Source of the DNA: an uncultured bacterium
Lineage (GTDB): Bacteria; Abyssobacteria; SURF-5
NCBI GenBank assembly: GCA_964607485.1
Contig: CAZSKP010000008.1
Coordinates: 64,001-128,000, forward strand
Reading direction: 5' to 3'
DNA: 64,000 nt
Part shown: piece by piece, positions 48,301 through 58,091 of the stretch
Layout of the letters: every line of letters begins with the position of its first letter
How positions within the stretch are numbered: position 1 is the first letter of the stretch
Position numbers and translations under genes: made by a program
Notes under the pieces: model-generated
Database searches by the model: none
The model's input: only the letters and a program-made list of their open reading frames with translations
Told to the model about the DNA's origin: nothing

Positions 48301-50673
48301 GTGAAACGACTTGCGACAGGCCAGAGGACATCCGCGTATCCCCGAATTGAAAGGCTCCGGCAGCGGCTGCTGGACGCGCCGCACGAGATATGCGTCGAGC
48401 GGGCCCGCTACCTGACGGAATCGTATAGACGAACCGAGGACGAGCCCCAGCCGATTCGTTTCGCGAAAGCGCTCAGCCACGTGCTCTCGAACATCTCGGC
48501 TATCATCCGCGACGATGAATTGATCGTCGGCTGCCGCACGAGCAAGCTCAAGGCGGCGCCGCTCTATCCCGAAAACAAGAGCGATTGGCTCGAGCAGAAC
48601 ATCGACGGGTTCAACCAGCGCGAGTTTCAACGCGTCTCCATTGCGGAGGATGACAGGCGAGAGCTTCGCGACGACATCCTCCCATACTGGCGCGGCAAGA
48701 CGGTCGAGGACCGGATGAACGCGCTCATGCCCGACGAACTGAAGGCGGAAATGAACAAGCTCATCTTCACGATGATGATGGAGATCACATACGGCATCGG
48801 CCACTTCACCATGAACGCCTCGCAGGTGCTCGCGCACGGGCTGGAGGCGGTCATAGACGAGGCGAAGCGTGAGGAGGCCCGGGCGGGCGACGACGAGTCG
48901 AAGGCTCATTTCTTTCGCGCGGTCCGCATCGCGTGCGAGGCGGCGATAAAGTTTGCGCGCCGGTACGCCGACGAAGCGCGAAGGCTGGCGGCGCTCGAAA
49001 GCGACCCCGTTCGCCGGGGTGAGCTGGAGGAGATCGCGGCGGTGTGCGACCGCGTGCCCGCCAAGCCGGCCCGCACGTTCCATGAGGCCGTCCAGTCGCT
49101 CTACTTCGTTCAGCTCACCGCCCAGATAGAGAGCGGCGGCAATTCGATCTCGGTCGGGAGGATCGACAAGATACTGCATCCGTTCTACAAGCGGGACGTT
49201 GAAGCGGGCTCGATCGACGCTGCACGCGCTCAGACGCTCGTCGAGTGCATGTTCCTGAAGATGGGCGAGATTTGGAACGTGCTGGAGGAGACGTACCTGC
49301 CGGGCGGCGAGGGGCCCGAAGGCAAGACCACGCAGAACGTCGTCGTCGGAGGAATGCGACCCGACGGAAGCGACGACTCGAACGAATTGACGCGGCTCGC
49401 GCTCGAAGCCTACGCGGACCTGCGCACCGTTCAGCCCAATTTCGGAATCCGCATAAATCGAAACACGCCCGAGGACATCTTCCTGCGCGTGTGCGAGCTC
49501 AGCCGTGAGGGCGTCCTCATTCACTTTTTCAACGACGAGGTCATCGTGCCGGCGCTCGTCAGAGGGGGATGTTCGCTGGAGGACGCCCGCGACTACAGCG
49601 CCGTCGGATGCGTCGAGCCGAACCCGCACGGGAAGACGTTCGGCTCCACGTTCGCGGTTCAATTCAACGCGGCCAAGTGCCTCGAGTTTGCGCTCAATAA
49701 CGGCGAGTGCTCCGTGTTCGGACTTCCCAACGGCCTGCCCTGCGGGAGCCTGCGGAGCTATTCGTCGTACGGCGAGCTTCTCGGCGCATACAAGAAGCAG
49801 GTGAGCCATTTCCTGCGGAGCATGGTCGAGGCGATGTCCTCTCTGGACATGGCCATCGCGGAACTCGTGCCTTCGCCGTTCGCGTCGAGCCTTGTGGAGG
49901 GATGTTTTGAGAAGGGATTGGACCTGACCAGAGGCGGCGCGAAATACAATTTCACGGGAGTGCAGCTCATGGGGCTTGCCAACGTGGCCGACTCTCTGGC
50001 GGCAGCCAGGAAGCTCGTGTTTGACGAAGGCGAGGTGACGGGCGACGAGCTCTCCGACGCGCTTTCCAGCGACTTCTCCGGGTTTGAGCCGCTTCGGCAG
50101 ATGCTGCTCAAACGCGCGCCCAAGTACGGCAACGATGACGATTACGTTGACCGGATAGCGAGCGAGGTCGTCGGTCATTTCGCCGATGAACTGGCCGAGT
50201 ATAAGAATTTCCGCGGCGGCCGGTTCATCATGGGAATCTTCTCCGTTGCGTTCCATATCGTCATGGGCGCCTTTACCGGCCCGACCCCCGACGGCCGGAA
50301 GATGAGCGAGGTGCTCGCGAACGGAATCACTCCCCAGACGGGCGTGGCGACGGACGGCCCGACGGCGATCGCGAGGTCCGCGGCGAAACTGGGACAGACC
50401 GCCGTCTCCAATGGCAACACGTTGATTCTCCGGTTCCATCCTCGCTCGGTCCAGCCCGACAAGCTCCTTTCTTTGATACGGACCTACTTCGAGCTGGGTG
50501 GAATGCAGCTCCAATTCAACATGGTGGACACGGAAACCCTCCTGGACGCGCAGGCGCATCCCGACAAGCATCGAGACCTGGTCGTTCGGATTGCGGGCTA
50601 CAGCGTCCTTTTCACCAGCCTGAGCAAGAAGGCGCAGGACGAGATTATCAGCAGAACACTCTGCTCCCTGTGA
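48301..50673 (+). CDS. Glycyl radical enzyme (PFL2/eliminase-like), substrate unknown
   Basis: ICVERARY, DELIVG, Cys loop VGCVEP, PKYGNDD, TPDGR, QFN, Gly loop VRIAGYS; RBS GGGAGG; TTGACA..TATAGT promoter at 48227-48256. Confidence 0.95.
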   Translation: MKRLATGQRTSAYPRIERLRQRLLDAPHEICVERARYLTESYRRTEDEPQPIRFAKALSHVLSNISAIIRDDELIVGCRTSKLKAAPLYPENKSDWLEQNIDGFNQREFQRVSIAEDDRRELRDDILPYWRGKTVEDRMNALMPDELKAEMNKLIFTMMMEITYGIGHFTMNASQVLAHGLEAVIDEAKREEARAGDDESKAHFFRAVRIACEAAIKFARRYADEARRLAALESDPVRRGELEEIAAVCDRVPAKPARTFHEAVQSLYFVQLTAQIESGGNSISVGRIDKILHPFYKRDVEAGSIDAARAQTLVECMFLKMGEIWNVLEETYLPGGEGPEGKTTQNVVVGGMRPDGSDDSNELTRLALEAYADLRTVQPNFGIRINRNTPEDIFLRVCELSREGVLIHFFNDEVIVPALVRGGCSLEDARDYSAVGCVEPNPHGKTFGSTFAVQFNAAKCLEFALNNGECSVFGLPNGLPCGSLRSYSSYGELLGAYKKQVSHFLRSMVEAMSSLDMAIAELVPSPFASSLVEGCFEKGLDLTRGGAKYNFTGVQLMGLANVADSLAAARKLVFDEGEVTGDELSDALSSDFSGFEPLRQMLLKRAPKYGNDDDYVDRIASEVVGHFADELAEYKNFRGGRFIMGIFSVAFHIVMGAFTGPTPDGRKMSEVLANGITPQTGVATDGPTAIARSAAKLGQTAVSNGNTLILRFHPRSVQPDKLLSLIRTYFELGGMQLQFNMVDTETLLDAQAHPDKHRDLVVRIAGYSVLFTSLSKKAQDEIISRTLCSL

Positions 50674-50676
50674 GCG

Positions 50677-50859
50677 GCCTGTTGCCCAAACCATTTGGCT
50701 CACGAAATCGTTCCTACGTCTCGTCATTGCGAGGAGCGAAGGGCCACAGGCCCAAGCGACGAAGCAATCTCGATAATACGGGGAGCCCGCATGCGAGACT
50801 GCTTCGGTCGGGTCGCTGACCCTCCCTCGCAATGACCCCAAATGGTCTGGGCAGCAGGC
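50677..50859. mobile_element. MITE-like element: 22-bp terminal inverted repeats enclosing a GTCATTGCGAG-type REP
   Basis: GCCTGTTGCCCAAACCATTTGG / CCAAATGGTCTGGGCAGCAGGC (20/22 match); internal palindrome 50723-50836. Confidence 0.65.
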
Positions 50860-51000
50860 TCCGAACATCCTGCGGCCTTTTCTTTTCTCCCACCAAGACA
50901 CGGCGAAGTCGGTATAGGTATCGTCGTGACATTCTGATATACTTATCTTAGAGAACGATAGACGATAAGCTGACGGTTAATTTCGGTTTCGAGGCAGGCC

Positions 51001-51642
51001 ATGTTCAGGGACAGACGGGATGCGGCTCTGCGATTGGCGGGCCGCCTGCAGAAGTACAAGGGCCGGAAGCCGCTGGTGCTGGGGATTCCTCGCGGCGGCG
51101 TGCTGGTCGGCTCCGTGTTGGCGGGGGAGCTGAAGGGCGAGCTTGACATCGTCCTGACGCGCAAGCTTCGCGCGCCCGGCAATCCCGAGCTTGCCATGGG
51201 TTCCGTCGATGAAAACGGGCTCGTGTATCTGAACGAGTCCGTCGTGAGTATCCTGCGAATAAGCGATGAAACGATAGAAGAGGAGAGGGAGCGACAACTG
51301 GCCGTCATTCGTGCCCGCGCGGAATCCTATCGCCGCATTCATCCGAGAATCCCCATGGAGGGCCGCATCGTGATTATCACCGACGACGGCATAGCCACCG
51401 GGGCGACGATGAAAGCTGCCATCGAAATGGCTCGACGCGCCGGGCCGGAGAAGCTGGTCGTTGCGCTTCCTGTCGGGCCGCCCGAGCAGGTGGCTGCGCT
51501 GGAGCCCGATGTCGATGAGATGGTGTGTCTTTCCACACCGGCTGATTTTATGGCGGTCGGCCAGTTTTATGAAGCATTCGACCAGGTCGAGGACGAGGAT
51601 GTCGAGAGAATCCTGACCGATTACGCAAGGTCGCGCACATGA
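51001..51642 (+). CDS. Type I phosphoribosyltransferase family protein
   Basis: MFRDRRDA, GIPRGGV, TDDGIATGAT, AVGQFY. Confidence 0.9.
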   Translation: MFRDRRDAALRLAGRLQKYKGRKPLVLGIPRGGVLVGSVLAGELKGELDIVLTRKLRAPGNPELAMGSVDENGLVYLNESVVSILRISDETIEEERERQLAVIRARAESYRRIHPRIPMEGRIVIITDDGIATGATMKAAIEMARRAGPEKLVVALPVGPPEQVAALEPDVDEMVCLSTPADFMAVGQFYEAFDQVEDEDVERILTDYARSRT

Positions 51643-51706
51643 CTCCGAGGCGCGTTGTGAACGGCGTTTGGAAATCGTGGTGGGTGCGTCGGTGGCGGAT
51701 GGGTCG

Positions 51707-52117
51707 CTAAGTACGCCGCAGCCTGACCAGAGAGAGCAGGCGGTTGAAGAATCCCCCGTTTGAACTCCGGCTGTTCTTGCCGCAGTTGTCCAAGATAAAC
51801 TTCACTATCGGCTCAATCTTCAAGGGTGTGTTTTCAGGACCTCGAGTGTGGACGCCGTTCCCGTTCTCGTTCAGAAACAGAACCGGCACACCGTTTCCCT
51901 CAAGCCGTTTCCTTGCAAGAGCTCTCTGTCGTTGATTTTTCAGAGTCTCAAAGTCAAAGATGACGCAGTCGGGATGGTCAGTCGAGAGGAGGCCGACGCC
52001 TTTCTTGGCCGTCTCGGCCCCCATACACCTGAAGTTGTAGGTTGACGCGATGAGTTCCAATACCCGATGGAGTTCCGGATTGTGTGAAACCACTAAGATG
52101 CTTCTTCGCTTCGTCAT
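51707..52117 (-). CDS. Degenerate receiver-like domain protein
   Basis: SILVVS..HPDCVIFD..VPVLFL pattern; N-terminal acidic pair absent. Confidence 0.5.
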   Translation of the reverse strand: MTKRRSILVVSHNPELHRVLELIASTYNFRCMGAETAKKGVGLLSTDHPDCVIFDFETLKNQRQRALARKRLEGNGVPVLFLNENGNGVHTRGPENTPLKIEPIVKFILDNCGKNSRSSNGGFFNRLLSLVRLRRT

Positions 52118-52361
52118 AATCCCCCCGCTAGTCCCACAGCCCGCGAATAGCTTGACATAATTAGTTAAGCAAGAAGCGTACCACCAGAAACAAGGCCCAG
52201 AGAAACTTCCGACGAGGGCCTCCAACCTTCTGGGAACACGATAATTATGTGCATACCCCCTTTCGGCGCGAGGCAATTCGAATGCCTCGTTACGCCCCGG
52301 GTCATGCCGCAAATAAGACTATGAGAGTATCTTTTGAGACAGCCTTATGTGTCGCTCCGCG

Positions 52362-53120
52362 TTATGGGATCAGGCCGATCTTCCTCGCATAAGTCTCGAT
52401 CCTCGTTTTCAATTCCGAATCACGGAAAATCTCGGCGGTCAGGCCAAACTCGTATTCCAACCCCGCCGGCAGGTCGAGCCTCGGCACGACCATGCTTGCC
52501 CGCTTCAGGGCGGCCAGTGCGCGGCGGTCTATTTTTGCAAGCCTTCTCGCAAAATCGAATGCCTCGTCGAGAAGCTTTCCCGCCGGAACGACCTTGACCA
52601 CCAGCCCGATGCGGTGCGCCTCCTCGGCGTTTATGGTTTCTCCCGTCATCGCTATCTCCATTGCCTTGGCCGGTCCCACCTTCCGCCAAAGCGGAGAGAG
52701 AAGCGGGTTGACGCCGAACCGGACCTCGGGATGGCCGAATATTGCGGTTTCCGAGGCGATTATGACGTCGCCGCAGAGGGCGAGGTCGAACCCGCCCGCA
52801 AGCGCAAATCCGCCGACAGCCGAAGCGATGGGCTTCGGGAACCCGTAGATTTTCGAGTGATATTCAAAAATCCGGTGGCTGAAGGAGTCGAGGTCGGTTG
52901 CGATTGCTTCGCCGATGTCGAAGCCGGCGCAGAAAACGTCCTCGCCTCCCGTCAGCACTACGGAGTTAATATCGTCGTCGTCCTCAAGAACATCAAGGCA
53001 CTGCTCTATCTCATCCCTCAGCGCCACGCTGAGCACGTTCATTTTCTCGGCACGGTCGAGCGTGACCGTGGCAACCCCATCCGCGGTTGCTACTTTCAGG
53101 AACTTGAATTTCGGTATCAT
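52362..53120 (-). CDS. Enoyl-CoA hydratase/isomerase family
   Basis: FCAGFD, KPIASAVGGFALAGG, FGHPEV, AEEAHRIGLV. Confidence 0.9.
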   Translation of the reverse strand: MIPKFKFLKVATADGVATVTLDRAEKMNVLSVALRDEIEQCLDVLEDDDDINSVVLTGGEDVFCAGFDIGEAIATDLDSFSHRIFEYHSKIYGFPKPIASAVGGFALAGGFDLALCGDVIIASETAIFGHPEVRFGVNPLLSPLWRKVGPAKAMEIAMTGETINAEEAHRIGLVVKVVPAGKLLDEAFDFARRLAKIDRRALAALKRASMVVPRLDLPAGLEYEFGLTAEIFRDSELKTRIETYARKIGLIP

Positions 53121-53287
53121 GACAACCTCCTTCGCTTCCGGTTGTTCTAGTATTCTTTCGACCCTGAACAGAGCGCAAGTCTTACTTCCCTTAATTATGG
53201 CACGATACATACATGGGGTTCCACACTTTTCGGCAGGTCTGCCGCGGACCGGGGTGTGTTGTAATATACATACAGTAATTTTTTATC

Positions 53288-53316
53288 TTGACAAACAAAA
53301 CAATGCAGGATACAAT
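53288..53316 (+). promoter_or_regulatory. Near-consensus sigma70-type promoter with no adjacent ORF
   Basis: TTGACA-17 nt-TACAAT. Confidence 0.7.
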
Positions 53317-53322
53317 GAAACC

Positions 53323-53440
53323 GGAGACACGATCTCGGATAGTCTTTCGACGGATGGTCGAACAAGGGTGGGGCAGGCCGAAAACTGCCTTCTCCTTTCC
53401 CCGGGGGCCGTAGAAAATGCGGCCCCTTCCCCTTTTGTGC
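53323..53440 (+). ncRNA. Candidate small RNA or structured leader with GGA motifs
   Basis: Follows promoter 53288; hairpins TTCGAC-GGATG-GTCGAA, GGCAG..CTGCC, GGGGCCGTA..TGCGGCCCC then pyrimidine run. Confidence 0.4.
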
Positions 53441-53549
53441 GCCCGGCTTCATGCCGCCGTTGAGTGGAGTTTCCCCAACAATTTGTTCCCGAAAGCCTTG
53501 GTGTCTTGACCCGCCAGTCTCTCCGGAATTCTGATCGCAATGGCACATG

Positions 53550-53622
53550 GTCGTTCTGAGCGAAGCGAAGAATCTCTATCGCGTTGGGGCAAAACGAGAT
53601 GCTTCGCTGCGCTCAGCATGAC
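53550..53622. repeat. GTC-type REP doublet (opposite orientation to 47942)
   Basis: GTCGTTCTGAGCGAAGCGAAGAATCT..AGATGCTTCGCTGCGCTCAGCATGAC. Confidence 0.85.
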
Positions 53623-53746
53623 ATCCCTTCGTGATAAAAAAATATGGGGAGAGAAAATGGGGAAACTGCTCCGCCGTTGAGGATTGCTCCTCAATCGTGT
53701 ATAATCCAAAAAACGCATCCCAGCTTCTTTCCCGGTCGAAATCAAG

Positions 53747-54907
53747 ATGGACTTTTTGTTACCCGAACATGCTCGCCTGCTCCGCGACTCGCTCCGGCGA
53801 TTCATAGAGCAGGAACTGCTTCCTCGCGAAAATGAGGTGTGCCTGGAGGACGACTCTGCGCTGCCCCGGGGGCTGATGGATTGGACGCGGAGACGCGCCG
53901 TCGAGCTGGGGTTTTACGGAGTATTCATGCCCGAGGAGGTCGGCGGCCGCGGGCTCGGGCGCGTCGGAATGGTCGCGCTCAAGGAGGAAATCGCGCGGTC
54001 GGGCAGTCATCTTGCCGAGCTGGTTCTCGGCGACAACGGCGGGCCGTCTCGGCTGCTGCTCGAATCGAGCGACCACGTCCGCGACAACTATCTGATTCCC
54101 GCGATGCGCGCCGAGAAGTTTTCCTGCTTCGCCCTGTCGGAGCCCAATGCCGGCTCCGACGCCGCCAGCATCGAGACGACGGCCGTGAGAAACGGCGACT
54201 CGTATCTGCTGAACGGCGTGAAGCACATGGTCTCGCAGGGCGCCCGCGCCGACTACGCCATAGTGTTCGCCGTCACGAACAAGGCGCTGAGGGCACGCGG
54301 CGGCATATCCTGCTACGTCGTGGACATGGACAGTCCGGGCCTGAGGATCGCGGGGCGACATCGCCCGATGGGCGGGTTCACCGAGCCGGTGGAAATCGTG
54401 TTCGAGGATTGCGTGGTTCCTGCCTCGAACATGGTGGGGCCGGAGGGATTCGGGTTCGTGATGGCGATGCGCTGGCTCGCCGACGGGCGGCTGGCGATGG
54501 CGGCGACGGCCGTCGGATTGGCGGAACTGCTTCTCGACCTGTCGGTCAAGCACGTAAAGAGCCGCGGCCGGCCGTTCGGCTCGACGGCTGAAGAGGGAGC
54601 CGTCCGGAATATGCTGGCAAACATGGCGACGGAGCTGTACGGCGCGAGAATGATGGTGTACGACACGGCGTGGCGGGCCGACAACGGCGATGACGTCCAT
54701 CGAGAATCCTCGATGACGAAGCTGTTTGCGACAGAGACGGCCGACCGTTGCGCCGACGCCGCCGTGCAGATTCACGCAGAGGCGGGCTGCACGCACGGGA
54801 GCGCCGTGGAGAGAATATATCGCGACGTGAGAGCCATGCGAATAGGGGAGGGCACGTCCGAGATACACCGGATGATAATAGCCAAGAGCCTGCTCAGGAA
54901 AACGTGA
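53747..54907 (+). CDS. Acyl-CoA dehydrogenase family
   Basis: FALSEPNAGSDA, LNGVK, GRL, SMTKLFATE, ERIYRD..RIGEGTSEI. Confidence 0.95.
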   Translation: MDFLLPEHARLLRDSLRRFIEQELLPRENEVCLEDDSALPRGLMDWTRRRAVELGFYGVFMPEEVGGRGLGRVGMVALKEEIARSGSHLAELVLGDNGGPSRLLLESSDHVRDNYLIPAMRAEKFSCFALSEPNAGSDAASIETTAVRNGDSYLLNGVKHMVSQGARADYAIVFAVTNKALRARGGISCYVVDMDSPGLRIAGRHRPMGGFTEPVEIVFEDCVVPASNMVGPEGFGFVMAMRWLADGRLAMAATAVGLAELLLDLSVKHVKSRGRPFGSTAEEGAVRNMLANMATELYGARMMVYDTAWRADNGDDVHRESSMTKLFATETADRCADAAVQIHAEAGCTHGSAVERIYRDVRAMRIGEGTSEIHRMIIAKSLLRKT

Positions 54908-54958
54908 GGCTGTCGACAAACCGAATCAACCCGATTGATTCGTTGCTGCGGAACTGAT

Positions 54959-55510
54959 ATGGGCGAGAAGAGAAACGATTCCTCAAGGAAACCCAAGAAG
55001 TCGAGGCCGGTCGAATTCGGCAAAGACAGCAGGGAGATATATCTGCTCGAAGACGGTGCGCCTCGCTATGAACTCCGGATCGACCGCGAGGGAAGGTGGT
55101 TCCATGAAGGTGTCGAGATCGTTCGCGAAGACATCCGCAATCTCTTTTCCCGCAACCTCGCGCGCTGCGACGACGGCGGCTATTGCGTGCGGATAGGGGC
55201 CGACGAATCCCCCGTCGTCGTCGAAGACGCGCCGTTCGTGGTCGTTCGCGTAACAGAGGAGCCACGCAGTAGCGGGCCGCGCGGCGGGCTTACGCTGCTG
55301 CTGAACGACGGCGGCCTCGAGCCGTTCGACGCGCGAACGCTCGAGTTTAGAGATGCGAACGTCCCGTACTGTCGGGTGCGGGCCGATCTGGAGGCCCGGT
55401 TCTTGAGGGCGGCCTACTATCAACTTGCCAAGTTCATAAGGCACGACGAGGCCGGCGACACGTATTATCTGGAGCTGGGCGGTGAGCGCATCGAAATCGA
55501 AATTCCATAG
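54959..55510 (+). CDS. DUF1285 family protein
   Basis: LRIDREGRWFHEG, VEDAPF, PYCRVR..ARFLRAAYYQL. Confidence 0.8.
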   Translation: MGEKRNDSSRKPKKSRPVEFGKDSREIYLLEDGAPRYELRIDREGRWFHEGVEIVREDIRNLFSRNLARCDDGGYCVRIGADESPVVVEDAPFVVVRVTEEPRSSGPRGGLTLLLNDGGLEPFDARTLEFRDANVPYCRVRADLEARFLRAAYYQLAKFIRHDEAGDTYYLELGGERIEIEIP

Positions 55511-55529
55511 CGGGAGGAGGTCGAGGCGC

Positions 55530-56306
55530 ATGCGAATCTCAGGGCTGGTGGCGGTATTGTTGTGCGCGCTCGCTTTCGGCTCGTGTGCGCAGACCCGGAC
55601 GGTCAAGACGAAGATATACGAAGACCGGCGGACGGGCGTAACGCTCCACAGGGCGGTCGGCCGCGACAAGGTTCCTTTCGCCAAGGGCTATTCACACCCC
55701 GCCGCGTTTGCGGTTGACGATTTGAAATTCCTTCTGGGAGCGATAGGCTACCAGGAAAAGGGACTCTTCGGCTGGACGGAGGTCAAGAGGGTGTTCACGG
55801 CCGACGAACTCTACCGGATGACGCCTCACATGGTCGAAGCGTTTGCCAAGGCGACGCCCGATGATGAAGTGCTTTTTCGGCTGACAACCGCCAAGCGCAG
55901 AGCGTTTTTTTTCTCGGAGCGTTTCACCAACGGCAGGATGTACGTGAAGGATGGAAAACTCAACTGCCTGTTTGACAACGTCGATGTGAGCCCCTCCTCG
56001 ACCGACATCTATGACGGTGACCCGCGGAATTACTATTCGGGAACATCGTGGAGGCTTGCGAAGAACGACTGGCAGAGCCTCGTCGAGGACGAGAAGGGAA
56101 CTCACTACAACTGGATCGAGCTGGATATAGAGCGCGGGCTGGCGGAGAAGAGTCGCAGGGAGCGAGCGCTACGGGAAAGACTTGAGCGTCGTCGCGCTGA
56201 AGAACCCAAAGTGCAACCTGAAAAGGGCCACTGGGAGGACTGGGAACCGAACGAGGCGGTCGAAGGAGAAATGGAAGGGGACGTGTACTTTCCGCCGTCC
56301 GAATAG
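55530..56306 (+). CDS. Hypothetical lipoprotein
   Basis: RBS GGAGGAGG; lipobox FGSC; YSHPA motif. Confidence 0.7.
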   Translation: MRISGLVAVLLCALAFGSCAQTRTVKTKIYEDRRTGVTLHRAVGRDKVPFAKGYSHPAAFAVDDLKFLLGAIGYQEKGLFGWTEVKRVFTADELYRMTPHMVEAFAKATPDDEVLFRLTTAKRRAFFFSERFTNGRMYVKDGKLNCLFDNVDVSPSSTDIYDGDPRNYYSGTSWRLAKNDWQSLVEDEKGTHYNWIELDIERGLAEKSRRERALRERLERRRAEEPKVQPEKGHWEDWEPNEAVEGEMEGDVYFPPSE

Positions 56307-56353
56307 CCCTGAGCATCGCCGCCTACTCTCCGCGGCTCATGCCGAAAGCGGGG

Positions 56354-57895
56354 TCAGGAACGGTCGCCCTTGACCATGTTCGCGACCAGCTTGCGAAGCT
56401 CCTTTTTTTGAATCTTGCCGATGGGATTCTTCGGCATCGAGTCTAGGAATTCGATCTTTCTCGGGCACTTGTATTTTGCCAGGTGCGACCGGCAGTGGGC
56501 GATCAGTTCCTCGGCGTTCGCCCGACCGTCGGGCTTGAGCGTCACGTATGCGACCACTTCTTCCCCCATCAGCTCGTCCGGCATGCCCACAACCGCCGCC
56601 TCGGCGACCGCCGGGTGCTTGTGGAGAACCTCCTCGATGTCTTTCGGGTAGATGTTGAACCCGCCCCGAATGATGAGGTCCTTCTTCCGTTCCACGATGT
56701 ACAGGTGGGCGTCCTCGTCGAGATATCCCATATCGCCCGTGTGCAGCCATCCGCCCCGGAGCACCTGCTGCGTCTCCTCGGGCATCTTGTAGTAGCCCTT
56801 CATCACGTTATCGCCCCGGCACACGACTTCTCCGACCGTGTTCGGCGGAAGCTCGTTGTCGTTCTCGTCGAAAATCTTCACCTCGACGCCTACCAGCGCC
56901 GGGCCGACGGAACCCAGCTTGCGGGGAACTGACTCCCTCTGAACGGCCACGTTGGGCGACGCCTCGGTCAGCCCGTAGCCCTGATACATCTCTCCTCCGA
57001 ACTTCTCCTCGAACTGTCGGAGTTTTTCTTTGGGCATAGGGGCCGCGCCGACAAGCCAAGAGGTAGCGGATGATGTGTCATATTTGTCGGCGTCGGGATA
57101 GTGAAGCATGTAAATGAACATCGTCGGCACGCCGGCCATGGCGGTGACGCGGTACTTCTCTATGGAGCGAAACACGACCTCGAGGTCGAACCAGCGCAGG
57201 AGCACCCCCCTTCCCTTCCTGTCGCTCACATACCCGGCCACGAGCAGCCCCAGCCCGTAGGAGTGCGAAAGCGGCAGCACCGACAGGAACACGTCGCCTC
57301 GGTCGGTGTCGCCCGCCGTATTCTTCGAGTTCAGCGCGTTGGCGCGGAGGTTCTTGTGCGAGAGCATGACGCCCTTTGGCCTGCCGGTGGTTCCCGAGGT
57401 GTACAGCAGTGCGGCCATGTCTTCGTCGTCGGTGGGGTGGATGGAATCTTCCGGCTCCGACTCGGCGACGAGCCGGTTGAACGAAATCGTGCCGGGATGC
57501 TCCTCGTCCCCGACGATTATCGCGTGCTGCAGCGAGGGAGCGTTTTGTCGGGCTTCCTCGACCTTGTACAGGAACTCGGGCGCGGTTATTATGGCGACAG
57601 CCTCACAGTCGGCGGCGATGTAGGAAACTTCGTGCGCATCCAGGAGGAAAAGAACCGGCACGATCACGGCCCCTATCCGCCATATCGCCGGGTATGACAT
57701 CAACACTTCCGGACAGTTCGGCATGAGCACCATGACCCTGTCGCCCGGCTGAATGCCGAGACGTTTCAGCCCGCGCGCGAGTCGTTTGGAGTTTTCGTGC
57801 ATTTGCACGTTCGTGTGTTCCTTGTCCTCGAAAATCAGTGTGACGTATTCTCCGAATTCACGAATTTTCCGTCCAGCCAGCTCAGCCAGGTTCAT
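56354..57895 (-). CDS. Long-chain fatty acid-CoA ligase
   Basis: YTSGTTGRPKG, GYGLTEASP, GWLHTGD, IIRGGFNIYP, GKIQK. Confidence 0.95.
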   Translation of the reverse strand: MNLAELAGRKIREFGEYVTLIFEDKEHTNVQMHENSKRLARGLKRLGIQPGDRVMVLMPNCPEVLMSYPAIWRIGAVIVPVLFLLDAHEVSYIAADCEAVAIITAPEFLYKVEEARQNAPSLQHAIIVGDEEHPGTISFNRLVAESEPEDSIHPTDDEDMAALLYTSGTTGRPKGVMLSHKNLRANALNSKNTAGDTDRGDVFLSVLPLSHSYGLGLLVAGYVSDRKGRGVLLRWFDLEVVFRSIEKYRVTAMAGVPTMFIYMLHYPDADKYDTSSATSWLVGAAPMPKEKLRQFEEKFGGEMYQGYGLTEASPNVAVQRESVPRKLGSVGPALVGVEVKIFDENDNELPPNTVGEVVCRGDNVMKGYYKMPEETQQVLRGGWLHTGDMGYLDEDAHLYIVERKKDLIIRGGFNIYPKDIEEVLHKHPAVAEAAVVGMPDELMGEEVVAYVTLKPDGRANAEELIAHCRSHLAKYKCPRKIEFLDSMPKNPIGKIQKKELRKLVANMVKGDRS

Positions 57896-57961
57896 TGCTG
57901 CCTCCTGCGCTCCTTTCAGATTACGCCAAAAAAAACAGGCGCCACGTAAGACTTCTTGCTA

Positions 57962-57990
57962 TTGACAGAAATCGAGATACATGTTAAAAT
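57962..57990 (+). promoter_or_regulatory. Near-consensus sigma70 promoter driving the candidate ncRNA
   Basis: TTGACA-17 nt-TAAAAT with extended -10 TG; no plus-strand ORF downstream. Confidence 0.8.
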
Positions 57991-57996
57991 ATGTTT

Positions 57997-58091
57997 GAGC
58001 GATAGGCCCTTCCCGGGGGTCCTGAGTGTTCCCCTCCATAGGTGGGCAAAAGCTCAGGAAAGAACGACCCCGGGAGGCACGCTCTTTTTTT
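57997..58091 (+). ncRNA. Candidate DUF3800-associated structured small RNA (~90 nt)
   Basis: Nested helices GAGCG/CGCTC, GCC..TCCCGGGG..TC/GACCCCGGGAGGC, CCTGAG/CTCAGG, apical TGTTC.CCT/AGG.GGGCA; begins 7 nt after -10 and ends in T7. Confidence 0.7.

Noticed and set aside
57997-58091. tRNA or SRP RNA
   Set aside because: No cloverleaf, T-loop or CCA; although TCAGG occurs, the SRP GNRA-capped helix is not evident (cmscan would settle it)
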